Positions 1 to 10,900 of a stretch of 64,000 nt of DNA are shown piece after piece. The translations under genes were made by a program, and so were the position numbers. The stretch spans positions 16,696-80,695 of IMG/VR virus record IMGVR_UViG_3300010883_000015; one strand, written 5' to 3'. The DNA is from a virus. Numbering within the stretch: position 1 is the first letter of the stretch; every line of letters begins with the position of its first letter. The notes beneath the pieces are model-generated. The model ran no database searches and was not told the DNA's origin. It saw only the letters and a list, made by a program, of their open reading frames with translations.

Positions 1-57
1 TAAGTCTATGACTGATAGATTGCATAAAACCATCGATTGGTATTTAGAAAATAAAAA

Positions 58-606
58 ATGGCTAAAGTAGGCTGCATTATATTTTCTGATAGAGTTTACG
101 GGATAGTTCGTAATCGTTACTCTTTAACAGAACTAATTCGTAAAGATCATCCCGATATTTTCTTTAGGAAACTTACCGCTAAGAATATTTCTGTTCTTAG
201 TAGGGTCTATACAAGCAAATTAGAGGATCTGAGGAAATTTGCTCAAGGCAATGATAAAACGATTGCATTTATAGCGGTTGGATTGTCTGAGTGTGCAGGT
301 GGTTATGATTATGGAATGATGAGTGTTCATGTAAATGGGATGATTTCAGAATTAGAAGAGATTGGATGTGAGGTTTGTTTAATCAATGGAAAAGTTAACA
401 ATAAATTAAATGGTAAGTTTTCAATATTCTATGAAAACCATCACTGTAACTTGTTAAAGATTTCCAAAGAAAGATTCTGTGATATAATAAGACCAGAATT
501 TAAATTATTATTCTTGGACAAAAAAGATTATTTAATATCAAGTCATACGGTTCTTTCTTATGTGAATAATATTTGTTCTTATATAGAGGCGAATAAACAT
601 GTATAA
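58..606 (+). CDS. hypothetical protein
   Basis: 182-aa ORF, co-oriented with structural module; no recognisable motif. Confidence 0.55.
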   Translation: MAKVGCIIFSDRVYGIVRNRYSLTELIRKDHPDIFFRKLTAKNISVLSRVYTSKLEDLRKFAQGNDKTIAFIAVGLSECAGGYDYGMMSVHVNGMISELEEIGCEVCLINGKVNNKLNGKFSIFYENHHCNLLKISKERFCDIIRPEFKLLFLDKKDYLISSHTVLSYVNNICSYIEANKHV

Positions 607-745
607 TGCCAATTTAATCCAACAACACGTGCTGTATTTTGATTGCAAAGCAAATCATCGCGCATTGTATTCAATGCCAATAAGAAATGCCGAAAAAGGC
701 TATTTTTGCTCGATTCTTGTGATAACAAAAAATACTGGTGTCTAA
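599..745 (+). CDS. small hypothetical protein (48 aa), not in ORF track
   Basis: ATG at 599 after GAGG; reads MYNANLIQQHVLYFDCKANH...; stop overlaps next ATG (TAATG at 743-747). Confidence 0.4.
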   Translation: MYNANLIQQHVLYFDCKANHRALYSMPIRNAEKGYFCSILVITKNTGV

Positions 746-1347
746 TGATTTTATCAATGTGCTTTACTACCGCAAAAGTTATCAGACAAAGCAATACAAG
801 TGTTTCTGAAACAACTGTTTCTTCAACAATAACTGTATCTAGCCAACCACAAGTAAGAACAGCAGTAACTCTTATTTTTGCTATTAGGGTTACTGGTAAT
901 GCCACAATAACAGGCACATTAAGTGGTGTATCTCAAATTGAGATAATATCTATATCTGCAAATAAAATTGGTCAAACGATTAAGCAATTTGATACCATTA
1001 CAAAAGTTGATTTATCTAGCGGGATTGTATCAACAGGAACAACTTTTAAAGTAAAATATGCAGGTACTTCAGGTACTTCTGTTCCTATATTAACAGATGT
1101 TATTGATAATTGGCCTATTCGGATATCACGAGGAAAGTCTTATATTAAGGTTGATATGGACGGATCAACTGAGATGGAAAAGTGTTCTGCAATTCTTCCT
1201 TATGATACTTTATGGACACCAAAGGAATTTGATATAATAACGATTAAAGAAACAAGCGAGAAATTTATAGTCGTTGGGGCACCAGAAATGGAGCAAGTAG
1301 GGATTAATCAACATTGGAATGTATATTTATCAAGGTATGAGAGATAA
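745..1347 (+). CDS. putative head-closure / head-tail joining protein
   Basis: Beta-rich ORF upstream of neck genes; C-terminus (PKEFDIITIKE...FIVVG...HWNVYL) resembles head-closure proteins; start moved to ATG 745. Confidence 0.5.
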   Translation: MILSMCFTTAKVIRQSNTSVSETTVSSTITVSSQPQVRTAVTLIFAIRVTGNATITGTLSGVSQIEIISISANKIGQTIKQFDTITKVDLSSGIVSTGTTFKVKYAGTSGTSVPILTDVIDNWPIRISRGKSYIKVDMDGSTEMEKCSAILPYDTLWTPKEFDIITIKETSEKFIVVGAPEMEQVGINQHWNVYLSRYER

Positions 1348-1411
1348 ACAACATATTGAACTTGGTTCGTCTTAATATTTCTTTAATTGTATTATCTCAA
1401 TAGGATTATAC

Positions 1412-1825
1412 ATGAAAAGCACTAGCGAAATGAAAGCCATAATTACCAGAAAGTTTTTCTATTCTGATATAGAACTGTTAGAAGTATTCCAGTCTGCATT
1501 ATTAATTTTTGTAAATCCATTTAATCTATCTTCAGTTGAATGCGCAGACTGCGGTACTTATCTTTCTTATATGTCTATCCCCAGTTTTATTATAGGAATT
1601 ATAACCATTATAAGTGTAATTTTTGATTACCATATAAAATCACGAATTAGAGTTGCAAGGCTTCACTGGGTTTTGTGTGTTGTCATAACTTCATTAATGT
1701 TATGTAGCACTGATCATATAGGTACCGGATTATTGTCTTATTATATTGTTCAGTGTGTATTTTGTGCATTTATTATAATTAGATTAAATTCTGAATTTTT
1801 ACACAACAAAAGAACAAGAGGATAA
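1412..1825 (+). CDS. multi-pass membrane protein (holin-like candidate)
   Basis: 137 aa with 3-4 hydrophobic segments and a basic C-terminus; AGGA SD. Confidence 0.5.
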   Translation: MKSTSEMKAIITRKFFYSDIELLEVFQSALLIFVNPFNLSSVECADCGTYLSYMSIPSFIIGIITIISVIFDYHIKSRIRVARLHWVLCVVITSLMLCSTDHIGTGLLSYYIVQCVFCAFIIIRLNSEFLHNKRTRG

Positions 1826-1829
1826 TAAA

Positions 1830-2162
1830 ATGAATGAAATGGTTATAACTGCTATCCTTTCGTTAATTGGCGCTTTTTTTAGTGCCAAAGGTTGGGAATA
1901 CTGGCGAGCTAGAGAGCAAAACAAAAAAGAATTGGACATGAAGGAAAGAGAGGATGTTCACTTGTATCGAGATGATTTGCGCATAGAGGTAGGAAGACTA
2001 AGAACTGAACTTCAGGGAGTTTATATTAAACGAGAGGAGGAACTGCTTAAACTTACCAAGTCAATTGCTGATCTTCGTGCCGAACTAGCGAGTTTTAAAA
2101 CACGCGTAGAATTTCTAGAAAAAGAAAATCAAGAATTGCGAGATGCTCTTAATAAAAAGTAA
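1830..2162 (+). CDS. N-terminal TM plus coiled-coil protein (holin/lysis-associated candidate)
   Basis: Hydrophobic N-terminus (MVITAILSLIGAFFSAKGW) followed by a long heptad coiled coil. Confidence 0.5.
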   Translation: MNEMVITAILSLIGAFFSAKGWEYWRAREQNKKELDMKEREDVHLYRDDLRIEVGRLRTELQGVYIKREEELLKLTKSIADLRAELASFKTRVEFLEKENQELRDALNKK

Positions 2163-2236
2163 AAAAATTATATTGTTAATAATTAATTAAGACAATATGC
2201 TTTATGTAGGTTCGAGAAACCATTACAGGAGTTAAT

Positions 2237-5098
2237 ATGTATAGTCACGCAATAGTTATTCCCACATGTGGAAATTATGAAACATTAACAGCAGGATTGC
2301 CCCGCTTTTTTGAGCACGCGAGCAAAGAAGTAATTATAATTTTAAGCATTAATCCAGTTATAAAAGTAGAAGCAGAAAGAGCATTAAAGATGATTACTGC
2401 TTTTTATGATGGGATTGATGGAGATAAGCCAGCATTTGACCATATATGGTCTGATAAAGCTATCGGTTTTGGTAATGCTGTAAATAAAGGAATTGACTAT
2501 CTAAGGGAAAAGTATGGCATTACTGAATTTATAACCATAGCAAATGATGATTTATTGGTTACGGAAGATTGGCTTACTAATCTTGAATTAGCTTTTAGTG
2601 CCAAAGAAATTGTGACAGTATCAACGCTTACTAATTCACAAAATAACCCTAAAAGAGATATTTCTTTTTTGAATGGTAAAATTGGAATGACAGGACCTAC
2701 CAGTAATGGTGTTTTTAATGATCAACGGGCTTATAATGCTGATTTACTTAATAAGGAAGGATTAGATCGTTATGCGAAATCAGTCTCAATAACAAATTCA
2801 GGTCATTACATTCCGACCTCTTTTCTTAGTGGTTTCTGCATTACATTCACTAAGGAATGCTTAGAAGATCTTTGTGATGAATCATTTAATTATAATGGAA
2901 TTTTTGATACGAGATTTAAAGTTGGTGGTTTTGAAGATGACGACCTAGCACATAGGGCATTAATAAAGGGGTGGAGACAGGTTATATCTGTTGCTGTTTT
3001 TGTTGGTCATGCAGTATCCAGTACCCTGAACCTTTACTTTGAAGGACAGAGGGGTGGTGTTGCCAATTGGGTTGATTATCTTTTAAAGTGGGAAGATTAC
3101 ACCCAGAAGGAACCTAAAATTATTGGAGCATATAGGGTTTCATTAAAGTGCGTTAATGATTTAAATCAATTACGCGCATCCTTAGTAAGAGCGGGAGATG
3201 TTCTGGATGGGGTTGGATTTGTTTTAACAAATAACCCAAAAGAAATAGTCGGTTCTTTTGATAATATGTTTATAAGTCATCTACCACCAGACGATCAGGC
3301 TTTTTTGGAAAAATGTAAATTACTTCCAGACGATATTAAAGAATGTTCTAATGAATTAAATGAATTGCTTAATGAATGGTTAACCAATTTATTAAGTAAT
3401 ACTGAAAGAGATATGGATGTAGCTTGTAAGGTTTGGACAGAAGTATTTAATGAGAGAGATGAAAGAAATCTAACTCATGAACTTTCAGAAAGTTTAAACT
3501 CAGATTGGATAATTTCTATTGATGCTGATGAAATATTTGAAGATCGGCTTACTAGAAAACATCTGGTTCGTATTGTTACGAATCCAAATCCTTCTAGATT
3601 TTGTTATAATGTAGGATTCTTAAATCATTGGGAATCAATGAAACTTCTTCGCCAAGATAGCAATTACGGTCAGCAAACAGGAGCTAGATTATGGAGATCT
3701 TTTCCTTCTAATCCAAGGATTGTTGGGGGTAATGAAGTCGGGTTCCATTGTGGAAACTCACCAGAACAAGGGAATTACTGTAGAAGAATTAGCGGGATAA
3801 GGATGAGGCATTTATCACACGTCCGACAGATAGACCGACATAATAAATATGAATTTTACAGCAAAACAGATACCGATAAACAGGTAGCTATGATAGGTGC
3901 CCAAACTTATCAGCACATTGTAAAGTCAGATAATGTTGTTGTTAGTTTGTATAATCCAAATAATGGAATTGCATTTTTCATGCTTTGTTATGAGCAAGAA
4001 GATTGGATTAATATCACAAGATGGTTGGATCAAGTCTATTCCGTTGCTGATAAATTAGTTCTAACATGGACGGGTGAGTGGGATCTTAAAGATAGGGCAT
4101 GGATTGAAAACATGGGATCGATAAAAGATTTGTCTGAAAAAGATTTCAATGAATTGTATAAGACTGGCCCTCGGTGGCACCTTGCTCAGGTTTCCAGACT
4201 TTTTAAAGTTGAATGGGTTTATAGTAAATTTGATTATGAAAAAGGTTTAGCGGAGTGTAGGAATTCTGCAATAAATCATATTCATGATACCAATGATGGA
4301 ACATTGGGGTGGTGTTGGTTTATGGATCCAGATGAAACCGCACAAGATATAGGAGTTATGTCTGGTTCAGCCCTAACGATAGCTCAAACCAGCGATAATA
4401 TTGGTTATATGTTTAAATTTCTTAATCCAACAGGGGATTCTGAGCGACCTGCAAATAGTGAAAGTATACGGTTGTTTAAATTAGACCCCAATCGTAGCTT
4501 GCAAATGGAAGGAAGAGTTCACGAAAGTTTTGAGGCATCTCTTAAGAAAATCAGAACAGAGAATTATATACCTAATATAGATTATTTCCCCGGTATTTTT
4601 ATTAATAGTGGCTTGTCACAAAGTCCTGAGCGAATGGCTGAAAAACTATTGAAGTATCGAGATCTTCTGGTTGTTCAATTAAAAGATGACATGTATGATA
4701 CGGGTGCTTGGGTTTCTCTTGGGTTACAATATTTGAATGATGACGATATTGATAATGCTGAACATTGTTATGATAACGCCCTTAAATGTGCAGGTGGTGC
4801 TTACTTACCATTTAAAGAATATGGAATTCATTGCTTAAGAAAGGCTGTTGTCCTTCTTCAGGAAAGCCATAGAAGAAGTAATTCTTCTGTTGATTTTCAT
4901 AAATTAAGTGAAGAAATGATCTCTACCTTGATAGGTTGGGATTTGTCCATGCCGATTGTAAATACAGGTGGTATATCTATAAGTGATACAACAATAATGC
5001 CTGAATTTATTGACCCCTCCAAAGCAGTAGAGAATCAAAGCAACCCTTCCGAAGAGGCTATTAATGAAATTATCCCTGAAGGTGTTAAAGGGTCCTAA
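2237..5098 (+). CDS. multidomain glycosyltransferase (three GT2/GT-A-like domains plus TPR)
   Basis: Domain 1: AIVIPT, GFGNAVNKGI, NDD, GGFEDDDLAHR. Domain 2: ERDERN..WIISIDADE. Domain 3: ECRN..WFMDPDE..RLFK..GRVHE. C-terminal TPR-like AWVSLGLQY..AEHCYDNAL. Confidence 0.85.
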   Translation: MYSHAIVIPTCGNYETLTAGLPRFFEHASKEVIIILSINPVIKVEAERALKMITAFYDGIDGDKPAFDHIWSDKAIGFGNAVNKGIDYLREKYGITEFITIANDDLLVTEDWLTNLELAFSAKEIVTVSTLTNSQNNPKRDISFLNGKIGMTGPTSNGVFNDQRAYNADLLNKEGLDRYAKSVSITNSGHYIPTSFLSGFCITFTKECLEDLCDESFNYNGIFDTRFKVGGFEDDDLAHRALIKGWRQVISVAVFVGHAVSSTLNLYFEGQRGGVANWVDYLLKWEDYTQKEPKIIGAYRVSLKCVNDLNQLRASLVRAGDVLDGVGFVLTNNPKEIVGSFDNMFISHLPPDDQAFLEKCKLLPDDIKECSNELNELLNEWLTNLLSNTERDMDVACKVWTEVFNERDERNLTHELSESLNSDWIISIDADEIFEDRLTRKHLVRIVTNPNPSRFCYNVGFLNHWESMKLLRQDSNYGQQTGARLWRSFPSNPRIVGGNEVGFHCGNSPEQGNYCRRISGIRMRHLSHVRQIDRHNKYEFYSKTDTDKQVAMIGAQTYQHIVKSDNVVVSLYNPNNGIAFFMLCYEQEDWINITRWLDQVYSVADKLVLTWTGEWDLKDRAWIENMGSIKDLSEKDFNELYKTGPRWHLAQVSRLFKVEWVYSKFDYEKGLAECRNSAINHIHDTNDGTLGWCWFMDPDETAQDIGVMSGSALTIAQTSDNIGYMFKFLNPTGDSERPANSESIRLFKLDPNRSLQMEGRVHESFEASLKKIRTENYIPNIDYFPGIFINSGLSQSPERMAEKLLKYRDLLVVQLKDDMYDTGAWVSLGLQYLNDDDIDNAEHCYDNALKCAGGAYLPFKEYGIHCLRKAVVLLQESHRRSNSSVDFHKLSEEMISTLIGWDLSMPIVNTGGISISDTTIMPEFIDPSKAVENQSNPSEEAINEIIPEGVKGS

Positions 5099-5543
5099 CT
5101 TTACAAACATTAGTAAATCTTTAAAAAAAAGGATGAAGAGAACCAAGAAAGATATTGGTGAAGATATTGCAGATTATATTTTCAGATCAATAATTAAAAA
5201 TGTTAGTAGAAAAGATTTTACATTAGAACAATTAAAGCAAATGGGGTATCCTTACTCTAAGAGAGGAACGGGTACTTTACCTAGTAGCATAGCTCCATAT
5301 ATGGTTCATTCTAGAAGTGGGGAGTTTAGAAAAACATTTACAATGAACAGGCAAGGGACAAACCAGTATCAAGATCAATTTAATATTAAATTTGTACCAA
5401 AACAAAAGTATCATAAAGATATATTTAAAGGTACAGAAAAAATGGTTAGCAGAGATCCAATTGGTGGGACTTTATCAGAGCATCAAGTACAGAAAAAGAT
5501 TAAACAAGCAATAAGAAATAAAATGAAAATGAACTTTGGTTAA
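5064..5543 (+). CDS. neck / virion morphogenesis protein (HK97 gp10-like position)
   Basis: Basic 159-aa protein before the tail terminator; GTEKMVSRD C-terminal motif typical of this family. Confidence 0.6.
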   Translation: MKLSLKVLKGPNFTNISKSLKKRMKRTKKDIGEDIADYIFRSIIKNVSRKDFTLEQLKQMGYPYSKRGTGTLPSSIAPYMVHSRSGEFRKTFTMNRQGTNQYQDQFNIKFVPKQKYHKDIFKGTEKMVSRDPIGGTLSEHQVQKKIKQAIRNKMKMNFG

Positions 5544-5545
5544 AA

Positions 5546-5956
5546 ATGCCTAATACTCAAAACATATTAACTTTAATAAGAAATAAATTACTAGGCGTGG
5601 CCTCTGTTACGGATGAGGTCGAAGATCGCGTACACACTTCACATTTTTATGATCTAGACAATGCCAGCATTGTTTATCCTATGATTATCTTAAATCCAGT
5701 AGGTGGATTTTCTTCTTATAGTAAATCATGGGCAAAAACAGAATTGCATATATATGTATATAGTCAATATAATTTAGATCAATGTTTAAGAATATATCAA
5801 CTTGTATATAATTCGTTACAGGCAGAAGGGTTAAGTAACACCAATATAAGCGATAAGGGTTATCTAAGAGAGACTGCTAGGCCGACAAATGGATACAATG
5901 ACCAAACAAGATCTTATTATTTAAGAGCTACTTATCAAATATATACAGCAGGCTAA
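5546..5956 (+). CDS. tail terminator / tail completion protein
   Basis: Size, position before tail tube, and the pattern IRNKL..V.DRV..YPMII..LHIYVYS. Confidence 0.7.
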   Translation: MPNTQNILTLIRNKLLGVASVTDEVEDRVHTSHFYDLDNASIVYPMIILNPVGGFSSYSKSWAKTELHIYVYSQYNLDQCLRIYQLVYNSLQAEGLSNTNISDKGYLRETARPTNGYNDQTRSYYLRATYQIYTAG

Positions 5957-5959
5957 ACC

Positions 5960-6307
5960 ATGACGAATAAAGGTTACGAACCAAAAAATAAAAATTCTCA
6001 ACAAGATCTTGATAAGAAGATCCAAAAAATAGAAAGGCATATAAAGGCTTTAGAGGATGAGGTTAATCAACTTTCTTCCGTAAAAGAAACCTTTGAAACA
6101 ACCCTGATTAAGCCTATCGATAAATTGTGGAATTGTGTTAAGTGCGGTAGTAGGCTTGGAATATACGATATAAAGACTGATGAATTGCGTGTTAGGTATC
6201 GAGATTTTTATGCTTGGTGGAAAGCGGGTATTGGTGGATATTTAAAAATAGTGTGTAGATCTTGCTCTCATTTAAATGAGATAAAATATGAAGAAGGTAA
6301 AAGTTGA
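5960..6307 (+). CDS. zinc-ribbon protein (Mu Com-like) with N-terminal coiled coil
   Basis: CVKCGSRLG ... IVCRSCSHLN paired CxxC motifs. Confidence 0.6.
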   Translation: MTNKGYEPKNKNSQQDLDKKIQKIERHIKALEDEVNQLSSVKETFETTLIKPIDKLWNCVKCGSRLGIYDIKTDELRVRYRDFYAWWKAGIGGYLKIVCRSCSHLNEIKYEEGKS

Positions 6308-6411
6308 ACTATCTTAAAATAAAGTGATTCATGATATGTTAAACTAGAGTAGACAAAAAAATAATTTACTTATAATTAAATTGATCTATATCGCATTAAT
6401 AGGAGAATGAA

Positions 6412-7029
6412 ATGCCTTTAAATATACCTACGGGTAGCAATAATAATATTAGTTTTGGACCCGCCCGAATCCTTATGGACCCTTGGAGTTCTGCTGTTGG
6501 CTCAACACCGACAACTGACGTTGGTTTTATTGGAGAGGATGGTCTGACCATAGAACTTTCTTCTGAAAAGAAAGATATTACACAGGGAAATCCTCAGCTT
6601 ATCCAATACAGTTTCGTTACTGCACAGTCTGCAACAATTAATTTTACATCTATTGAGTGGAATTTTGAAAACTTTAGACTTGCTCTTGGTGCTGGTGCAA
6701 CATCTATTGGTAATGTTGCCAAGCCTCCTTCTGGTGGAGCAGCAACCACTGTTGCTACATTTAACTTTGGTGGAAATCCTTTGAACACTTATGTTGCTCT
6801 TCAAGTTCAGCATAGAATGGCTCAAAGTGCAGGAACACTATATGCTTATATTTGGAAAGCCCAATCAGAATCAGGTTTCTCTCTTCCGTTTGGAACAGAT
6901 GAGCACACTTTTGAATTCAGTTTCAAGGCACTTGCTGCTACGAAAAACTGGAACGGTGTAACTTTACCTTTTGATCAGTGTTTGATGAAACTAGAAAGAG
7001 AATATAGTAGGACTCAAATTCTTACTTAG
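6412..7029 (+). CDS. major tail tube protein
   Basis: ISFGPARI..DVGFIGEDGLTIE pattern; strong AGGAG SD; precedes chaperones and tape measure. Confidence 0.8.
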   Translation: MPLNIPTGSNNNISFGPARILMDPWSSAVGSTPTTDVGFIGEDGLTIELSSEKKDITQGNPQLIQYSFVTAQSATINFTSIEWNFENFRLALGAGATSIGNVAKPPSGGAATTVATFNFGGNPLNTYVALQVQHRMAQSAGTLYAYIWKAQSESGFSLPFGTDEHTFEFSFKALAATKNWNGVTLPFDQCLMKLEREYSRTQILT

Positions 7030-7080
7030 AAGTTTAAATAATTTACCTTGACATTAAATGAGCGAGACTCAGGAGAAAAT

Positions 7081-7611
7081 ATGTCTGATGTACTAGAAAA
7101 AGAAAAAGCAGTTGAAGCGGTTGAAGAAACTATTGATATTGCCGAAGCCTCTCAGAACATAACAGATGCAGTAACAAGTTTACTTGAAACACTAGTTCCA
7201 CCAAAGGACATTCAAATCGTGGATGTTTTTGGAAACGAGTATGAATTGCCAACTTCTGTATCTGCTAGAAAACAAATTAAGATACTTCGAGAGTTTGAAA
7301 AACTTAAGGATATACCCGCTGAAAAGTTCTCAATAAAAGATGGAACTCCAGCGGGTATTGTTTCTATGATTGTTGATATAGCAATGAATGAAATAGTATT
7401 TGATGTTATTTGTAAATGTTTTTACACAGCGCACACGCTCACAGTTTTAAAAGCTAAAACTGTTGCAGATGAAGAGGGCGTGGAAGTAGAAAAAGACCAT
7501 TTAGGGGTAGGAGACTTGTTTCCTATTGAAGAGATAGTTTCAGGTATTGTCCCTTTATTTATACGGTTGGCTCGAAGGACAGGAAGCGCACTAGCGGTTC
7601 TGTCGAAATAA
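7081..7611 (+). CDS. tail assembly chaperone (gpG equivalent)
   Basis: Between tail tube and tape measure; AGGAG SD before ATG 7081; slippery heptamer near 3' end. Confidence 0.8.
   Translation: MSDVLEKEKAVEAVEETIDIAEASQNITDAVTSLLETLVPPKDIQIVDVFGNEYELPTSVSARKQIKILREFEKLKDIPAEKFSIKDGTPAGIVSMIVDIAMNEIVFDVICKCFYTAHTLTVLKAKTVADEEGVEVEKDHLGVGDLFPIEEIVSGIVPLFIRLARRTGSALAVLSK
7551..7557 (+). other. -1 programmed ribosomal frameshift site C CCT TTA
   Basis: X XXY YYZ heptamer in the G frame; the -1 frame is open from 7530 to 7973. Confidence 0.8.
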
Positions 7612-7973
7612 GTAAAAATACTTCGCAGTCAGCCGACGAGGTCATAGATTCCATTGAAAATTTAATGGGTATCTTATTGTCTTCTGGGCTTTCTTTAGAT
7701 AAAATTTTAGAAATGTCATGGGATCAAATTCACTTCACAGCAATGTGTATCCAAAAACATAAAGTAAGTATGATTGAAATGGTAATGACTCCCATTGCCG
7801 AAGGATTAGGAGGTAAAAGCTCTAAGAAATCTAAAAAGATGACGAAGAAGATGCAAGACCAAGTAAATAATATGACTCCAGAACAAAAAGTAGAAAGAGA
7901 TTTACATAGACAACACAGGTTACATCAACAACTTCATCTTGCAGGTATTAGAGTGCACGATAAACCCAGATAA
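7551..7973 (+). CDS. tail assembly chaperone T part (expressed as G-T fusion, 7081-7973)
   Basis: The 7665..7973 ORF extends without a stop back to the slippery site, in the -1 frame relative to G. Confidence 0.75.
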   Translation, partial: PFIYTVGSKDRKRTSGSVEISKNTSQSADEVIDSIENLMGILLSSGLSLDKILEMSWDQIHFTAMCIQKHKVSMIEMVMTPIAEGLGGKSSKKSKKMTKKMQDQVNNMTPEQKVERDLHRQHRLHQQLHLAGIRVHDKPR

Positions 7974-7989
7974 AATTTGAGAGACTAAA

Positions 7990-10900
7990 ATGGCAGAACG
8001 CACATGGAAAGAACAAGTAATTGTTCAGATTATGGGAAAAGATGCAGGTTATAACAAACTTGTATCTGATGCAACCAGAAGAACAGATCGATTTGGTAAG
8101 TCTCTTGAAATACTCAGTACACGGGTAACCAATCAATTTACAAAAGGATTGGCGAACATGGCAACTGCCGTGTCTGCTTTTTCTAAAGATATGGTTGTGG
8201 CTGGAGCAAATTTTGAGCAAGCGATAACTACACTTAGCGCAATAAAACCGTCAACAAGTAGTTCGGCCTTAGCAGGCCTTTCTGATGAGGCAAGAAAGTT
8301 AGGTGCCACGACTGCATATACTGCTACTGAGGCAGCAGAGGGTATGCAACAATTGGCTCGTGCGGGATTTGAAGCAAATCAAGTTCTAGCAATGACTGGC
8401 CCTGCATTATATTTCGCAGGAGCGAATGCAATAACAATGGATATGTCAACGAAATTGTTGGCATCCTCTTTAAAGCAGTTTAATCTTGTTGCTTCTGATT
8501 CCAATAATGTTCTGGATGTTTTTACTGTTGCAACACAGAATTCATTGTTTGATGTAGAATCCTTAGCGGTAGCTATGCGATATGGTGGTTCAGTTGGTGC
8601 TTCTCTTGGTAGGTCCCTTGAAGAAACTGTTGCGGTTATGTCGTCATTTAGAGATTTGGGCCTTGAAGGTTCGATGGTGGGTACTCGCTTTAGGCAAGCG
8701 ATGCTTTCATTAATTAATCCTACCGCAGGTGCTAAAAAGATAATAAAAGATTTAGGATTAACCTTAGAAGATGTCAACCCTTCTATTGTTGGCGCAACTG
8801 AGGCAATCAGAAATCTTGGAAAGGCGGGAGCCACAAGCCCAGATGCACTAGCGCCTATTGTTTCTAAAAGGGCAGCAGGTAGTGTTTCAAAACTAGCAAA
8901 AGATTTGGCAGAAGCATTAAGCATTGATGAATTAGAAATGTACTTTTCAAAATTAGGAAAAGATTTATCACTTCAAACTGTTGAAGATATTGCAAACGCA
9001 GAAAAGCAAATAGGGAAATCTCTTCACCAAATAGATCTAATGCAGATGAAGTTTCAGAGATCTGCTGGGATAACTGCGCGAACCTATGAGACAATGATCT
9101 CAACGGTAGAAGGTCAGTATAAGATATTGACCTCTGCTATTCAAGAATTGCAAATTACAACATTTAAAGCCTTTAATACAGATGTTTTCAGGGGAACAAA
9201 AAAAGAAATAGAAGAAATTGGAAAAACATTTAGCGGTACAATACCTGAAATTAATAGTTTTTCTTCTATACTTGAAGATTTAAAGAAAGTTGTTGATGAC
9301 GTAACAACCGTTATTTCTTTTCAGGGTATTGAAACAACATTATTCTTCACTGAAATGACCGATAAGATCAAAGAATTAGTTGATACATTTGGAACCACGG
9401 AAAGTATAACTATTCATTTTATAGAAATGAGTAAAGCAATTGTCTCTGCTTCTCTAAATGTTGCTTTATTTTTAAATAATTTCAGATTTTTAATTGATCT
9501 AGCACAGACATTTGTTGCTATAAAACTTGGGTTTATGTTTAAGAATATTGCCGAGTATATGCTAAGAAGTGCTGGAGCGATGACCGTGACTGCTGGTGCC
9601 ATGGTAAACCTTACAGGGGTGCAGGGTGCACTAAATGTAGCTTCTAAGGGTGATATAGCAATAAAGAATATACAGCGAACCCTAATGATCCAAATGCTGG
9701 AATTGATGATCGTTCAGACCCAAGCATTTGTTGCGTTAACAGCAGGGCAAAGTAGGGCAACAGTAGCAACTAAAACAAATACCGCAGCATTAACTACGCA
9801 AATCATGGCAATGAAGGCTAGTGTTGGTCTTTTAAAAAAGCAGATAATAAGCGCAGGAGCAGCAAGTGCCACTATACCGGTCGCGACTGTATCGATGGGG
9901 CTTCTAGGTAGGGCGACACTGAAAGCAGCCGGGTTCTTTCGTGCGCTTGCGGGTGCTTTATCAGGCCCAATAGGACTTCTTTTTATATTTGCACCCTTAT
10001 TAATGGATATATTTTCAGGCTGGAGCGACATTGCAGATGAAGTAGAGGCTACCACCTCAAAAGTTAATTCATTACGCCTATCACAAGAGGCATATAATAA
10101 ATCATTAGCTACCTCTGCTGGCGGGGATAAAGTTGATCAACAAGATGGGATAAATGCATTAAAGCAACAATTAAGAGATAGAGAAGAATATACCTCAGTT
10201 ATTAGAAATGAACTAAATTTAGTAAAAGATCTTACTGATAAAAAACGACAAGAACTTCTATTAGAGGGAAAATTATTTAAAGTTCAATATGGTAAGGAAA
10301 ATATTTTATTATCGGCTAATGCTGCTCAGGCATTAAGGAATACTTATTTAGAAAAAGAGCATGGGATTCTGGCTCAACAAGAAAAAATTGCTGAAAGTAT
10401 GACCGCTAATGCAGATGCTTTAAATAAAAAAGTTAAAGATGGAGCATCAGGATTCACATCATTAATATTACACCAAAAAGAACTTAATAAAGAGTCTGGA
10501 TGGTTTGGGAATTCATGGAAATTAAGCCTAACTGATTTAAATGATTTTAATAATATATTAAAAGAAACATCAGCATCCATGGGTTCAGTGCTTGTTGCAG
10601 GAGAAAAGCATAGCAACTTAATGTCGGCTATTGCTAGCAAAGGTTTAAATGTTTATAGTGCTAGTGATTATTCTGAGATAGTAAAATTATCTACTGAAGT
10701 TTATGAAACACTTGAGTCTCAAGCTAAAGCCACATCTAATCAAGCCAATGTAATGGGGAACGCCCTTACTGATGCAATAGATAGAGTTACAAATGCTGGA
10801 CAGAAAAGAATAGAGTCGAATAAACGTATAGGGAAAAGCAACAATGATCTAAATAAAGCAATTGAATCAAGGTTAAAGTTAGAAGAAAAGCTTAGGAAAG

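Noticed and set aside
2200-2225. GGTTCGA T-loop-like motif suggesting a tRNA
   Set aside because: No cloverleaf arms around it; no tRNA was recognised anywhere in the window.
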